Part shown: piece after piece, positions 53,068 through 62,254 of the stretch
Layout: each line of letters begins with the position of its first letter
Position numbering within the stretch: the first letter of the stretch is position 1
NCBI GenBank assembly: GCA_965237715.1
Contig: CBDEGM010000002.1
Span: 565,836 to 629,835 of the forward strand
DNA: 64,000 bases
Direction: 5' to 3'
DNA from: Acidobacteriota bacterium
Lineage (GTDB): Bacteria; Acidobacteriota; UBA6911; RPQK01; CBDEGM01
Notes under the pieces: model-generated
Databases searched by the model: none
What the model saw: the letters and a program-made list of their open reading frames with translations, nothing else
What the model was told of the DNA's origin: nothing
Made by a program: the position numbers and the translations under genes

Positions 53068-56000
53068 TTATTCCTGGGACGGCATCTCTGGAACCGGCAC
53101 CACCGGCAAGGTCGTGAAGATGCGGTTGGCGGCATCCAGCTCCACGGCCACTCCGGTGAACATCCCTTCCCCTGGCGCGGTGCAGCGCACCGACCCCGCA
53201 AAATCGGACGTATCGGCCCCGGTGAACACCTCGTCGATGAACCAGGACGACTGCCCATTGGCCGCAAGGGGAATGCTCTCGGCTTCGAGCACGGTACCCC
53301 CTTGCATCAATTCGCACGTCACCTCCACCGCTTCTTCGCCCGGGTTGTGGATCGCCACCCCGGTGTTGATTCCCCCCGCCTGGCGGCGCACCGGGAAGAG
53401 GGCGTCGTGGACGGGTGAGCTGGCTCCCACCCCGGCCACCCCGACGCCGGGCAGGTCAAAGCGCAGGACCCCGCCGATGGGCTCGTCCGCGATCACCCGC
53501 ACCGATCCGCTCACCAGCGCCCCGCGCCCGTGGGTCGAAATCGTGAGTTCGCCCAGGGGCTCCATTTCCGTCTGGACCGTCAGCCCGCCGTCCTCGGTGA
53601 TCTCCAGATCCCCGGTGATATCCACCACCGATTCGGCGGACACGAGCGCGCCCTCGGTGTCGTAGAAATAAAGAGCGGGGCGCGCCGGAAGGATGTCCGA
53701 ATGAAAGGGGGTGGGCGCGGGACGGCTCCGCTCGGTGGATAGGTTCAGGAACACCAGATCGGAGGTAAGGCCCGCCCCATTGGCGAAATGCGCGAAGTTC
53801 AGCTCCGCCGCCCGGCCTCCGGCGCGCCGCGTCGGAAACACCGGCAGGGTGGTGAAGATGCGGCGGGCGGCATCCAGCTCCAGGGCCACGGCTGTGAACA
53901 TCCCCGGACCCGCTGCATCGCAATGCACCGACCCCGCGAAATCGGACGTATCGGCGGCGGGGAACGCCGCGTCGATGAACCAGGATGACTGCCCGTTGGC
54001 CGCTAGAGGGAGACTCACGGCGTCGTGCAGCACGCCCTCTCGCATCAATTCGCAGCGCACGATTTCCGGGCTCGATTCCAGGTTGTGGATCGCCACCCCG
54101 GTGTTGATTTCCCCCGCCTGGCGGCGCACCGGGAAGAGGGCGTCCCTCACGGGTGAGCTGGCTCCCACCCCGGCCACCCCGATATCCGGGAGATCAAAGC
54201 GCAGGACTCCGCCGATGGCCCCGAACGCGACCACCCGCGCCGATCCACTCACCAGCTCCCCTTGGCCGTGGGTCGAGATCGTGAGTTCTCCCAGCGGCTC
54301 CATCGCCGTCTGGATGCTCAGGCTGCCGTCCTCTTGGATCTCCAGATCGCCCGTGATGTCCACCACCGATTCGGCGGCAATGAGATTCCCCTCTTTATCG
54401 TAGAAGTAGAGGGCGGGACGGATCGGCTGGGTCCCCACATTTAGGAACACCAGATCGGAGGTAAGGCCATCGCCGTTGGCGAAATGCGCAAAGTCCAGGG
54501 TAAACACTTCCGGCTTAGCCTCGCCCCGGTTGGAAGAGGCACTCCCGCCCGCCGCGTTGACCGCCCGCACCTCGAAGACGTAGACCGTGCCATTGACGAG
54601 TCCGGTAACCGTATGGGTGGTTTGGGTGGAACCGGTGGAGATCCAGGGATCACTCCTGTTGATCCGGTATTCGTAATCCGTGATCTCCGCCCCGCCGTCG
54701 CTCGCCGGAGCGTCCCAACTCAGCACGACCTCACCGTTCCCGCCCACCACCGTCAGGTTCGTCGGCGCGCCGGGCACGGACGTTGTCGGTACGCCACCAC
54801 CGCCTGGAGGTCCGGGTGGTGGAGGTGGCGGAGAGGGCGGGTCAGGCGGTGGTGGATCAGGAGGAGGAGGCGGGGGCGGGGTGACCGTCTCAGTGGCACC
54901 CCCGAAGACCCAGGGGCGGGCCTGCTTGATCGCCAGGATGTCGGCACTCGTGATCTTGAACTCGATCTCCATGGCGAACGGCTCATCAGGGGCGGGGTTG
55001 TACAGCCCTTCGAAGTGGGCATGGATCACCTCAAGATGCGCTCTCAACTGGCGCAGTTGGTCGTCGCTCATGAGGAGCTGCCCCGGCTCCACCAGGTTGG
55101 AGGTCGCCAGGATGGTGTAATTACCTACCGATCTCAACAAGAGTTCCTCCGGCACCGAGTACTCTTCGGGATTGGTGACCAGATCCTCGCCGAGTTGCGT
55201 GTTGACGTAGTAGATCCCGTCACTGCCGTAGATGGGGTCAAAGCTGACGCCCACGCCGTTGGCCAACTCGTCCGAGTAGTTGGGATGCACCAGCACCCCC
55301 ATCGCCGCCGCCAGGTGATCGATCCGATAGAAGTCCCGTTCGGTGAAAGCCCGGAAGGTCCACAGGCTGGCCCACACCCCTTTGATGGATTTGTCGATGC
55401 CATCCTCCTCGGTCTCGTCGGGATGCTGGGTCTTGGAGTCGTACAGGCCCGCCCCGTTGAACCCCGGCAGGTCTTCGTTGTTGGTGCTGGACCGGTAGCG
55501 CAGCGAGGTCCCCTCGGGAAACATCGCGTGCATGGCGGTCAGCGCCTCGATGATCCAGGCGGGCGTCTCCGCGTCCTTGATGGCGTCGCGGAGATCATCG
55601 AGCCTGTCATCCTGGGTTTCGAAGTCCGTCTGGAAATCTTCGTCGGCCAGCATCTCCTTGACGTCGTCATAGAATCCGTGGGCCTTCATGAACTCGTCGT
55701 AGAAATAGAACGGGATCGCAAATCCGTCGGGGACGGTCCCCTCCGGAAAACCCAGCGTCCCCAGCACGGCCAGGTTGGCCGCCTTGACCCCGAACGTCTT
55801 CCAGTCCTCGAAACCGATCTGACTGAGGGGGGTGATCGACGTGACCGAGAGGTTCCGTTGCGGTGTCTGTTCTTCGGTGGGCCGGGAGGACTCGTAGTGC
55901 GCGTCCACTTCCTCGGGTGTGGCCATGCGCAGCGACCAGCCCGCAGCGGTCACCTCGTAGCGGACGTACCCGCCGATTAGAGGCGCGATATCCGGGTCGT

Positions 56001-57597
56001 CGAGGGCATCGCGGATGAAGGCGTTGGGGATGCCGTCCTGGACGGCGCGCAGGTTGACGTGCGACAGCGGGGTTTGGGGCACGGCGGAGATGATGCCGGC
56101 GACGCGGGGCAATTCGTTGGGTAGCGCCTCGTAGAGCACGATGTCGCGCGGGTGGGGCCGGTCGTCCGGCTCCAGGGCCTGCAGCCGGCCGTACCCTTCC
56201 CCCGGGTTCAACGCCAGGAAGTTGAATTCGCCGTAAATGTCGACATTGAACACGAGGTCGATCCGGGACTCCCTGAGCAACGGCAACTCGGGCTGTAAAT
56301 CAGGAAGCTGATAGTTTGTGATATGGAAAGTCAGGTTGTCATCGAGAAGCGGCATGCTGGCAGCAAGCAGCGTATAGACGCGGTCCACCAAGACGAAGGA
56401 GGGATTTGCCGTCACCCCAAAATGGAAGATCTGTTCGCTGCCGACCGAGCGATAACTGATCAGGCCGAGAAGAGCCTGATTTCGTTCAATACCCCTGTCA
56501 TCCAGGAAGGTCTGATGGTACGGGTGCTGTTTGGCGTTGATGAAGTAGAGACTCGGCCGGTCGGTGTCCCAGCCCAGCAGAATGAATTTGAAGGTTCTGT
56601 ATATGGCCAGTGTGTCGTATGTCTGCTTGTCGGGAACAGCTAGGGCACCGTCGCTGAGATCGACCGGGGCGGCGGGATTCACCGGGTTCATGCTCACTGG
56701 GTCCCCCAGTTCGGTGATGTCGTCGATGCAGTCGCCGTCGCCGTCGGCCGGGTCGGTGATCTGGTACTTCTCCACCCGATAACGCTCTTTCGGCAGCGCC
56801 TCCACGTTCTCGGATAGCGTGGTCGTACCCGCTTCCCCCAGGGTCACCGCGACCGGCAGTTTCACCTCCGTGCGATACAAATCGTGCTGCACATAGAGCA
56901 CGAAGTACTCCTCAGTCGTCGACTGGACCACTATGGGAACGGCCGTCACCGCCGCCACCACCACCGTCGGGTTATAGCCGCCTCCTTCACACGGCTCTTC
57001 AGGGTCGCCGCCCTGGGCGAGGGCGTTTCCGCTCGACAAAAAGACAAGGGAAGCGAGGGCGAAGACGGCGCGCTTGCGCCCGTGGTGGGGGTGGAGCGGG
57101 TTCTGGAAAGCCGCGAAGATGGACCGCAGGACCGCTGGCAACACGGCGAGAAGGACAAGGAGGGTCCGTCCGCACGATAGACATACGGCGGAAGCGGACG
57201 GCGCGCTCGTACGGGCGGGTAGGCTTAGGTCAGAGGTGTAGCGTGGCTCTTGGCTCTTGGCTCTTGGCTCTTGGCTCTTGGCTCTTGGCTCTTGGCTCTT
57301 GGCTCTTGGCTCTTGGCTCTTGGCTCTTGGCTCTTGGCTCTTGGCTCTTGGCTCTTGGCTCTTGGCTCTTGGCTCTTGGCTCTTGGCTCTTGGCTCTTGG
57401 CTCTTGGCTCTTGGCTCTTGGCTCTTGGCTCTTGGCTCTTGGCTCTTGGCTCTTGGCTCTTGGCTCTTGGCTCTTGGCTCTTGGCTCTTGGCTCTTGGCT
57501 CTTGGCTCTTGGCTCTTGGCTCTTGGCTCTTGGCTCTTGGCTCTTGGCTCTTGGCTCTTGGCTCTTGGCTCTTGGCTCTTATGATTTTGTGCGCCAC
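53068..57597 (-). CDS. Large secreted multidomain protein: repeat leader, signal-like segment, phospho-His-like and PEP/pyruvate-binding (PPDK-N) domains, Pro linker, FN3, two copies of the ~230-aa C-terminal domain
   Basis: TPLSHVNLRA; FGVKAANL, VPDGFAIP, RSSTNNEDLPGFNGAGLYDS, IKQARP; LSWDAPASDGG...YVFEVRAVN; true start uncertain. Confidence 0.82.
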   Translation of the reverse strand: MAHKIIRAKSQEPRAKSQEPRAKSQEPRAKSQEPRAKSQEPRAKSQEPRAKSQEPRAKSQEPRAKSQEPRAKSQEPRAKSQEPRAKSQEPRAKSQEPRAKSQEPRAKSQEPRAKSQEPRYTSDLSLPARTSAPSASAVCLSCGRTLLVLLAVLPAVLRSIFAAFQNPLHPHHGRKRAVFALASLVFLSSGNALAQGGDPEEPCEGGGYNPTVVVAAVTAVPIVVQSTTEEYFVLYVQHDLYRTEVKLPVAVTLGEAGTTTLSENVEALPKERYRVEKYQITDPADGDGDCIDDITELGDPVSMNPVNPAAPVDLSDGALAVPDKQTYDTLAIYRTFKFILLGWDTDRPSLYFINAKQHPYHQTFLDDRGIERNQALLGLISYRSVGSEQIFHFGVTANPSFVLVDRVYTLLAASMPLLDDNLTFHITNYQLPDLQPELPLLRESRIDLVFNVDIYGEFNFLALNPGEGYGRLQALEPDDRPHPRDIVLYEALPNELPRVAGIISAVPQTPLSHVNLRAVQDGIPNAFIRDALDDPDIAPLIGGYVRYEVTAAGWSLRMATPEEVDAHYESSRPTEEQTPQRNLSVTSITPLSQIGFEDWKTFGVKAANLAVLGTLGFPEGTVPDGFAIPFYFYDEFMKAHGFYDDVKEMLADEDFQTDFETQDDRLDDLRDAIKDAETPAWIIEALTAMHAMFPEGTSLRYRSSTNNEDLPGFNGAGLYDSKTQHPDETEEDGIDKSIKGVWASLWTFRAFTERDFYRIDHLAAAMGVLVHPNYSDELANGVGVSFDPIYGSDGIYYVNTQLGEDLVTNPEEYSVPEELLLRSVGNYTILATSNLVEPGQLLMSDDQLRQLRAHLEVIHAHFEGLYNPAPDEPFAMEIEFKITSADILAIKQARPWVFGGATETVTPPPPPPPDPPPPDPPSPPPPPPGPPGGGGVPTTSVPGAPTNLTVVGGNGEVVLSWDAPASDGGAEITDYEYRINRSDPWISTGSTQTTHTVTGLVNGTVYVFEVRAVNAAGGSASSNRGEAKPEVFTLDFAHFANGDGLTSDLVFLNVGTQPIRPALYFYDKEGNLIAAESVVDITGDLEIQEDGSLSIQTAMEPLGELTISTHGQGELVSGSARVVAFGAIGGVLRFDLPDIGVAGVGASSPVRDALFPVRRQAGEINTGVAIHNLESSPEIVRCELMREGVLHDAVSLPLAANGQSSWFIDAAFPAADTSDFAGSVHCDAAGPGMFTAVALELDAARRIFTTLPVFPTRRAGGRAAELNFAHFANGAGLTSDLVFLNLSTERSRPAPTPFHSDILPARPALYFYDTEGALVSAESVVDITGDLEITEDGGLTVQTEMEPLGELTISTHGRGALVSGSVRVIADEPIGGVLRFDLPGVGVAGVGASSPVHDALFPVRRQAGGINTGVAIHNPGEEAVEVTCELMQGGTVLEAESIPLAANGQSSWFIDEVFTGADTSDFAGSVRCTAPGEGMFTGVAVELDAANRIFTTLPVVPVPEMPSQE
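57245..57580. repeat. Perfect tandem heptamer (GGCTCTT)x48, 336 bp
   Basis: Counted directly; reads SQEPRAK on the minus strand. Confidence 0.98.
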
Positions 57598-57654
57598 TTC
57601 GCCTTCCCATTGTCAAGCCCTTAATTCGATATTCTACCTTGTTTTCCGAGGGCA

Positions 57655-58729
57655 CGCGTTGTTGCACAAATCGCTTCGGCACGTCCGCTTGTCTCCGATG
57701 GGCCAGGGTGCCAGCATGAGGAATGACGCCGAATCAATACACGTTCCGGTACCGAGTACGCAACTGGTCAGACTACAATCGGGCGCTGATCGCCAGGGGG
57801 CGTCTGACCTTTTGGTTCGATGAGGACGCCGTTGCCGCCTGGCGGAACGCCGACCCGCCCAAGGGCCCCGGCGCTCCGAAGGTTTACTCCGACACGGCCA
57901 TTCAGTGTGCGCTGATATTGAAGTCGGTGTTTCATCTTAGCCTTCGGTCGACGCAGGGCTTCGTTTCTTCGCTCCTGGAGTTGCTCAGACTCGATCTGCC
58001 AGTTCCAGACTACAGCACTCTCAGTAGACGACAGAGTTCCTTGGCGACGTTCTTGACTGTTAGCCCAAGCAGTCGGCCTCGGCACGTGGTTGTGGATGCG
58101 ACGGGCCTGAGAGTGTACGGCTCGGGTGAAGGGCACGTCCGAAAGCATCGACATGGTCGGCGCAGAGCCTGGCGCAAGCTGCACCCGGGTGTCGATGAGA
58201 GGACGAAAGAGATTGTGGCGGTGGAGGTTACACCGAGCCGGGTTCCACGACTGTCGTCTGTTGCCGGCCCTGCTGGATCAGATTCCGGGTCGCATCGTTC
58301 AAGTCTCGGGCGACGGGGCCTATGACACGAGGGCCTGTTATCAATCGATACTCGAGCGGGAGGCTGTCGCCACCATCCCTCCGCGACGCAGTGCGCGGCT
58401 GAGTGAAAGTGTGGACCCGCCTGCCTGGCGGGCAATGCGGGATGCCCATCTACGAGAAATAAGGAGAGACTCGGTCGATATGAATGGCGCATCTCCAGTG
58501 GTTGCACCAGGCAAAGCCTTGCAGAGAATGCGATGTCGAGGTTCAAGACGTTGTTTGGGCCTAAGCTGTCGGCCCGACGATTCGACAATCAACGGGTCGA
58601 GGCCATCATCAAATGTGAGGTGCTGAATCGTATGTCAAGCCGGGGCATGCCTGAGTCAGTGCGAATTCGATAGCATTCAAACAGGACTGGGATCGGTCCG
58701 TGACCCGACCGGATTTGTGCAACAACGCG
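57655..58729 (+). mobile_element. IS5-family (IS903-like) element; transposase 57723-58673 with two frameshifts
   Basis: TIR CGCGTTGTTGCACAAATC at both ends; NWSDYNRAL..RG, PDYSTLSRR, VDATGL, GDGAYD. Confidence 0.92.
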
Positions 58730-59156
58730 AGAACAAGTAGTAGGAGCGACGAGTCTGTGGATAAATCAACCGGAACAAAAAAAGATTACAGAAGGAAATC
58801 ACCATCGGGAGACCTTACGCGCCGACCCGAAGCCGCCCTCCCCTTCCGAACGCCCGAACATTCCTGTTGCGAACTCATCTGCGGGACGGCGCTGGCTTGA
58901 CCTGGTCCATGCCTGCTTTATCCGAGTACCTCCGGGTCATATAATCGTTCGTGTGAAGACTAACGGCCCAGGGCTTTTCAGGAAGATCACGTCCGCCGGG
59001 CTTGTGTCGTTGCTGTTTTTTCCATTTTGCCAGGCAGGTATATGAGTACTTACCCGACAACCAACGTATCCAACGCGGTTCCAACCTGTTGTTGATGCCC
59101 GACGACACGCGTCGGGAATGAAGTGACCACGACTACACCTGAAACGAGCTGAAATA

Positions 59157-59810
59157 ATGGATTTCGAAACCTCTTTGGGTCTCTTGACCGCCATAGTCAC
59201 CATAGTCGCCCTGGGAATAGCTGCGTGGGCCGCGTGGACAGCACAGCAGACTCTCAAGCGCAATGCGGCTCCCCAGCTTGAGTGCTTCCTCCGCCCACGT
59301 CCATCAAATACGGTTTTCGACTTTGTGATCATTAACACAGGCTCGGGAAGCGCCTACAACGTCGGGTGGAAGATCGACGCAGATGAACAGGACTTCAAGG
59401 CGCACGTTTTAAATCCAGGCATGCCGCTCTCAAAGGAAGTACCGTTCAGCGTCATCGAACCCGGCGGATGCCGGACGACTTTGTTCGGGTTTGGTCCGTC
59501 GCTCCTTAATACAAGTGGGTCGCAAGATGGTGTCGCCATAAAGCCGTTCACGGTCACGGTCACGTTCGAGTGGAAACTCCCTTGGGCGAAGAATCTCAGT
59601 AAGGAATGTAAGACTGTTGAAATAAACGTGCGTCAGTTCAGTGACATCATACCGGACTGGGAGAAAGAGAAAGACAGTAAGAACTTGGAGACTATTGGTA
59701 AGCACCTGAAGGAGATACAGAACGAGATCATCAAGATTACTCGCTATTCCGATACACGGGTGAAACGTCAATTGACAGGCGCGAGATCTGAGGTAGAAGA
59801 CGTCGATTAG
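59157..59810 (+). CDS. Hypothetical protein with an N-terminal membrane anchor
   Basis: Hydrophobic N-terminal helix, beta-rich body with INTGSGSAYNV, coiled-coil-like tail. Confidence 0.7.
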   Translation: MDFETSLGLLTAIVTIVALGIAAWAAWTAQQTLKRNAAPQLECFLRPRPSNTVFDFVIINTGSGSAYNVGWKIDADEQDFKAHVLNPGMPLSKEVPFSVIEPGGCRTTLFGFGPSLLNTSGSQDGVAIKPFTVTVTFEWKLPWAKNLSKECKTVEINVRQFSDIIPDWEKEKDSKNLETIGKHLKEIQNEIIKITRYSDTRVKRQLTGARSEVEDVD

Positions 59811-59945
59811 TGGAACGGGGGTTCAGAACCGGCCAGTGGACAGCTTGCACAAAGGAGCGGTTCTGCAACCCTCCGGCCCCGGACGGGCTTTCAAGGGTTT
59901 AGGCGTTGCGAAACGGTATTGCAGGCCTTTGTGCGTGGACGGAAA

Positions 59946-60425
59946 TTATACAAAAATTCCGACCAATCCGATGCCAAATCCGGCGAGGAAAAAGAGCCTC
60001 TCTCGTTTCACGGATTTTCTTGCTTTCTCGGTTACTTCTTTCTCCGCCCTATCTAGCTTGTCCGTGAGGTTGGCCATTTCTTCCTTGAACGTTGACACCG
60101 TCAGCGGCTTACTTCTTTCAGAATCTTCTATGCCCTGGGTAACATCTTTGCCGGTTTTATTTCTGTCGTCGCGCAGGCCGACCATCCACAAGTAGTGCAA
60201 AAGAAAAGCGGACTTGGAGCCAGCGGCGTTCTGCTTGGCATCCTTCATCGACGGGAAGGAGTCGCCTCGTATGTATCCTTTGTTGGTGCCGAACACGTCA
60301 CGTGTGTCCTTAAGCCAAAGGACGTACTCGTTTGAGCCCTGGTCGTACTTCACATGCCCCAGTTCTTCGACGTTACCTCCGACTTTTTGAATTAGGTTGT
60401 CTTTGTCCCAAACTACCGAACTCAT
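59946..60425 (-). CDS. Hypothetical protein with a coiled coil and C-terminal TM helix
   Basis: AAGGA RBS before MSSVVWDK; terminal LFFLAGFGIGLVGIFV. Confidence 0.6.
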   Translation of the reverse strand: MSSVVWDKDNLIQKVGGNVEELGHVKYDQGSNEYVLWLKDTRDVFGTNKGYIRGDSFPSMKDAKQNAAGSKSAFLLHYLWMVGLRDDRNKTGKDVTQGIEDSERSKPLTVSTFKEEMANLTDKLDRAEKEVTEKARKSVKRERLFFLAGFGIGLVGIFV

Positions 60426-60612
60426 CGCATTTTCCTTTCCTTTGAATATCCTGGGGTTCCTCGAAGTCACCCCACATATCCTCGAACAGGTCCCGGAATC
60501 CCCCTTGCTCCGGCTTCTTCGGTTTCGGCCCCGGCGCATCGTTGCGCTTGATCGGCTCAGTTTCTTCTCTCACAATTTTCTTCGCGTCGTCTTCTTGTTT
60601 GTCTTTACTCAT
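60373..60612 (-). CDS. Small charged hypothetical protein
   Basis: AAGGAG RBS before the ATG; overlaps the downstream ORF. Confidence 0.45.
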   Translation of the reverse strand: MSKDKQEDDAKKIVREETEPIKRNDAPGPKPKKPEQGGFRDLFEDMWGDFEEPQDIQRKGKCDEFGSLGQRQPNSKSRR

Positions 60613-60923
60613 GGGTTCTCCTTGCTGAGATTAACAAGTCTGCGGGGAACTTGCTCAACCTGACAGGAACAGGCTCAAGGTGTCGATGGACGCCCGGAGT
60701 CGGTGACGATGACCTGCTCGCTGCCACGGTCCAGGACCGGGCCGGGATCATCCAGGGAGAGGGAAAAGGGGACACCCGAACCGAAGCGCGGCGGCGCTCC
60801 CGATCTGTCCGGTTTCCGAGCCTTCCCGCAGGGATAAATACCGACGATAGCGACCCCCTAAGAGCCACGAGTAGGCGTGCCACACTGCACGCCTACTCGT
60901 GGCCGCAAGTAACCCCGTTTTCT

Positions 60924-60948
60924 GGGGGGGGGGGGGGGGGGGGGGGGG
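60924..60948. repeat. Poly-G homopolymer (25 nt)
   Basis: Uninterrupted G run in intergenic DNA. Confidence 0.9.
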
Positions 60949-61201
60949 CTATCGTCTCCTCGGATTTTTCTCTATCGGCGATATGGAAACCGAATAGTAG
61001 TGGGCAACACCATGAAAAAAAAGAGTTCAAGGAAAGTTGGGATGTTACACCCAAACGCTTTTTCATGTTACACTCCCCCCTTTGTGTCTGTGGCTCAAAA
61101 TAAGCGGTCATTTGTGGCAAGAAAAACCCCTCAATTTAACCTCCACGTCCACCCCTTCTCGCGGTGTATTTCTTTATATATCATTTGATATGTATAGCCC
61201 C

Positions 61202-62131
61202 TCATACCGGGTCCGCAAACCGGGTTGCCCGGTACGTCGAAAATTCGTCAATCTTAACCCCATCCTCAAGGTTCGCCTCCGGGAGTTTGTGAAGCTCCAC
61301 GTACCGCTGTCCGGCCTCGCCCATCCCTCCATACGTCGCCAAAAATTCCCGGTCCCTCCGGTGGATTGCATCCTTAATCGCCGCCATCTCCTGCTTCACC
61401 GTGGGGCCGGTTGCATCCTTCCCTGGTGCCGCCGCCCATGCCTGTAGCACCCGATCCGCCCGCAAAACCGTATCCAGTTCCGCGCCGATGGCGACTACCT
61501 CCACCCGTATCCCCTTGGCACGGATCGCATCCCAAAGCGGAACATGCGCGGATCCCCATGTGTTGAGTTCGCCGGTGCTCTCCCGGCCTGGATCGACGTA
61601 GGCAAAGGTGACGGTATCAACTCCCCCGGCGATGGGGAGCTTGAGCGCAAAGTAGCGTTTCTTCGCGCCCTCGTCTCCGTAGTAAATCCGGCGGGGAACC
61701 AAGCGGGAACGAATACCGAGCCCTTCAAAAAACTCGACCTTCTCCGGCTCGGTGGGAAGCCAGTTCAACCCCGGATGTTCCAGAACAAAATCGAGCGACA
61801 TAAGCCGCCGCATCAGAACAGAGTTCCGGGCCTTCCTCCGGTGGCGGATGTTCTCGACACCAAGCGCCCGATAGATCGCCATGCTCGAAATCCGGCACAA
61901 TCGAGCGCCGCCGAGAAACATCATCGAATCCCCTTCGATGGCCGCCCGCCGCTCCACCAATGCCCTGACAACCCGAAGCGCCTGTTTTCGATCCGTCTCG
62001 AAGTAGTCACAGAATTGAGGCCGGATAAAGACGCCGCTGTGGAGACAGACAAGCGCAATCCATTCCGCCTCCCGTCCGGTCCAGCCGAGAGGTTCCAGTG
62101 CTCTCTCTCGTCCGCGCAAGTGCTCGATCAT
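61202..62131 (-). CDS. Hypothetical protein with a winged-helix-like N-terminus (possibly replication-relaxation-like)
   Basis: GWTGREAEWIALVCLHSGVF..QF..ALVER; globular composition; function inferred only. Confidence 0.65.
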   Translation of the reverse strand: MIEHLRGRERALEPLGWTGREAEWIALVCLHSGVFIRPQFCDYFETDRKQALRVVRALVERRAAIEGDSMMFLGGARLCRISSMAIYRALGVENIRHRRKARNSVLMRRLMSLDFVLEHPGLNWLPTEPEKVEFFEGLGIRSRLVPRRIYYGDEGAKKRYFALKLPIAGGVDTVTFAYVDPGRESTGELNTWGSAHVPLWDAIRAKGIRVEVVAIGAELDTVLRADRVLQAWAAAPGKDATGPTVKQEMAAIKDAIHRRDREFLATYGGMGEAGQRYVELHKLPEANLEDGVKIDEFSTYRATRFADPV

Positions 62132-62205
62132 GGCTCGCCCAATGGTCCCCTTTCCCCTCGCCTTCGATTCTGCCAGATCGGTCCTCGCCGTCAAAGGTCC
62201 AGTGT

Positions 62206-62251
62206 GGACTATAGTCCGTTGTTGGTTTCACCTGAAGACAATAGTCTTCAG
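62206..62251. promoter_or_regulatory. Two C-box-like operator palindromes upstream of the HTH-endonuclease gene
   Basis: GGACTATAGTCC (62206-62217) and CTGAAGACAATAGTCTTCAG (62232-62251). Confidence 0.75.
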
Positions 62252-62254
62252 TTC

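Noticed and set aside
57245-57580. Repeat array as a CRISPR
   Set aside because: 7-bp units with no spacers and no cas genes; it is a simple tandem repeat
57243-57823. ALGSWLL-repeat ORFs on the plus strand
   Set aside because: Stop-free by-products of the heptamer in all frames; no independent coding evidence
58756-58764. Perfect DnaA box TGTGGATAA in the island (another at 41871)
   Set aside because: Isolated 9-mers with no cluster or iterons; one lies inside a CDS; chance occurrence is plausible
61544-62254. N-terminal 237 aa of the 566-aa ORF
   Set aside because: Antisense to the 61202-62131 gene; the HTH and operators indicate a start at 62255
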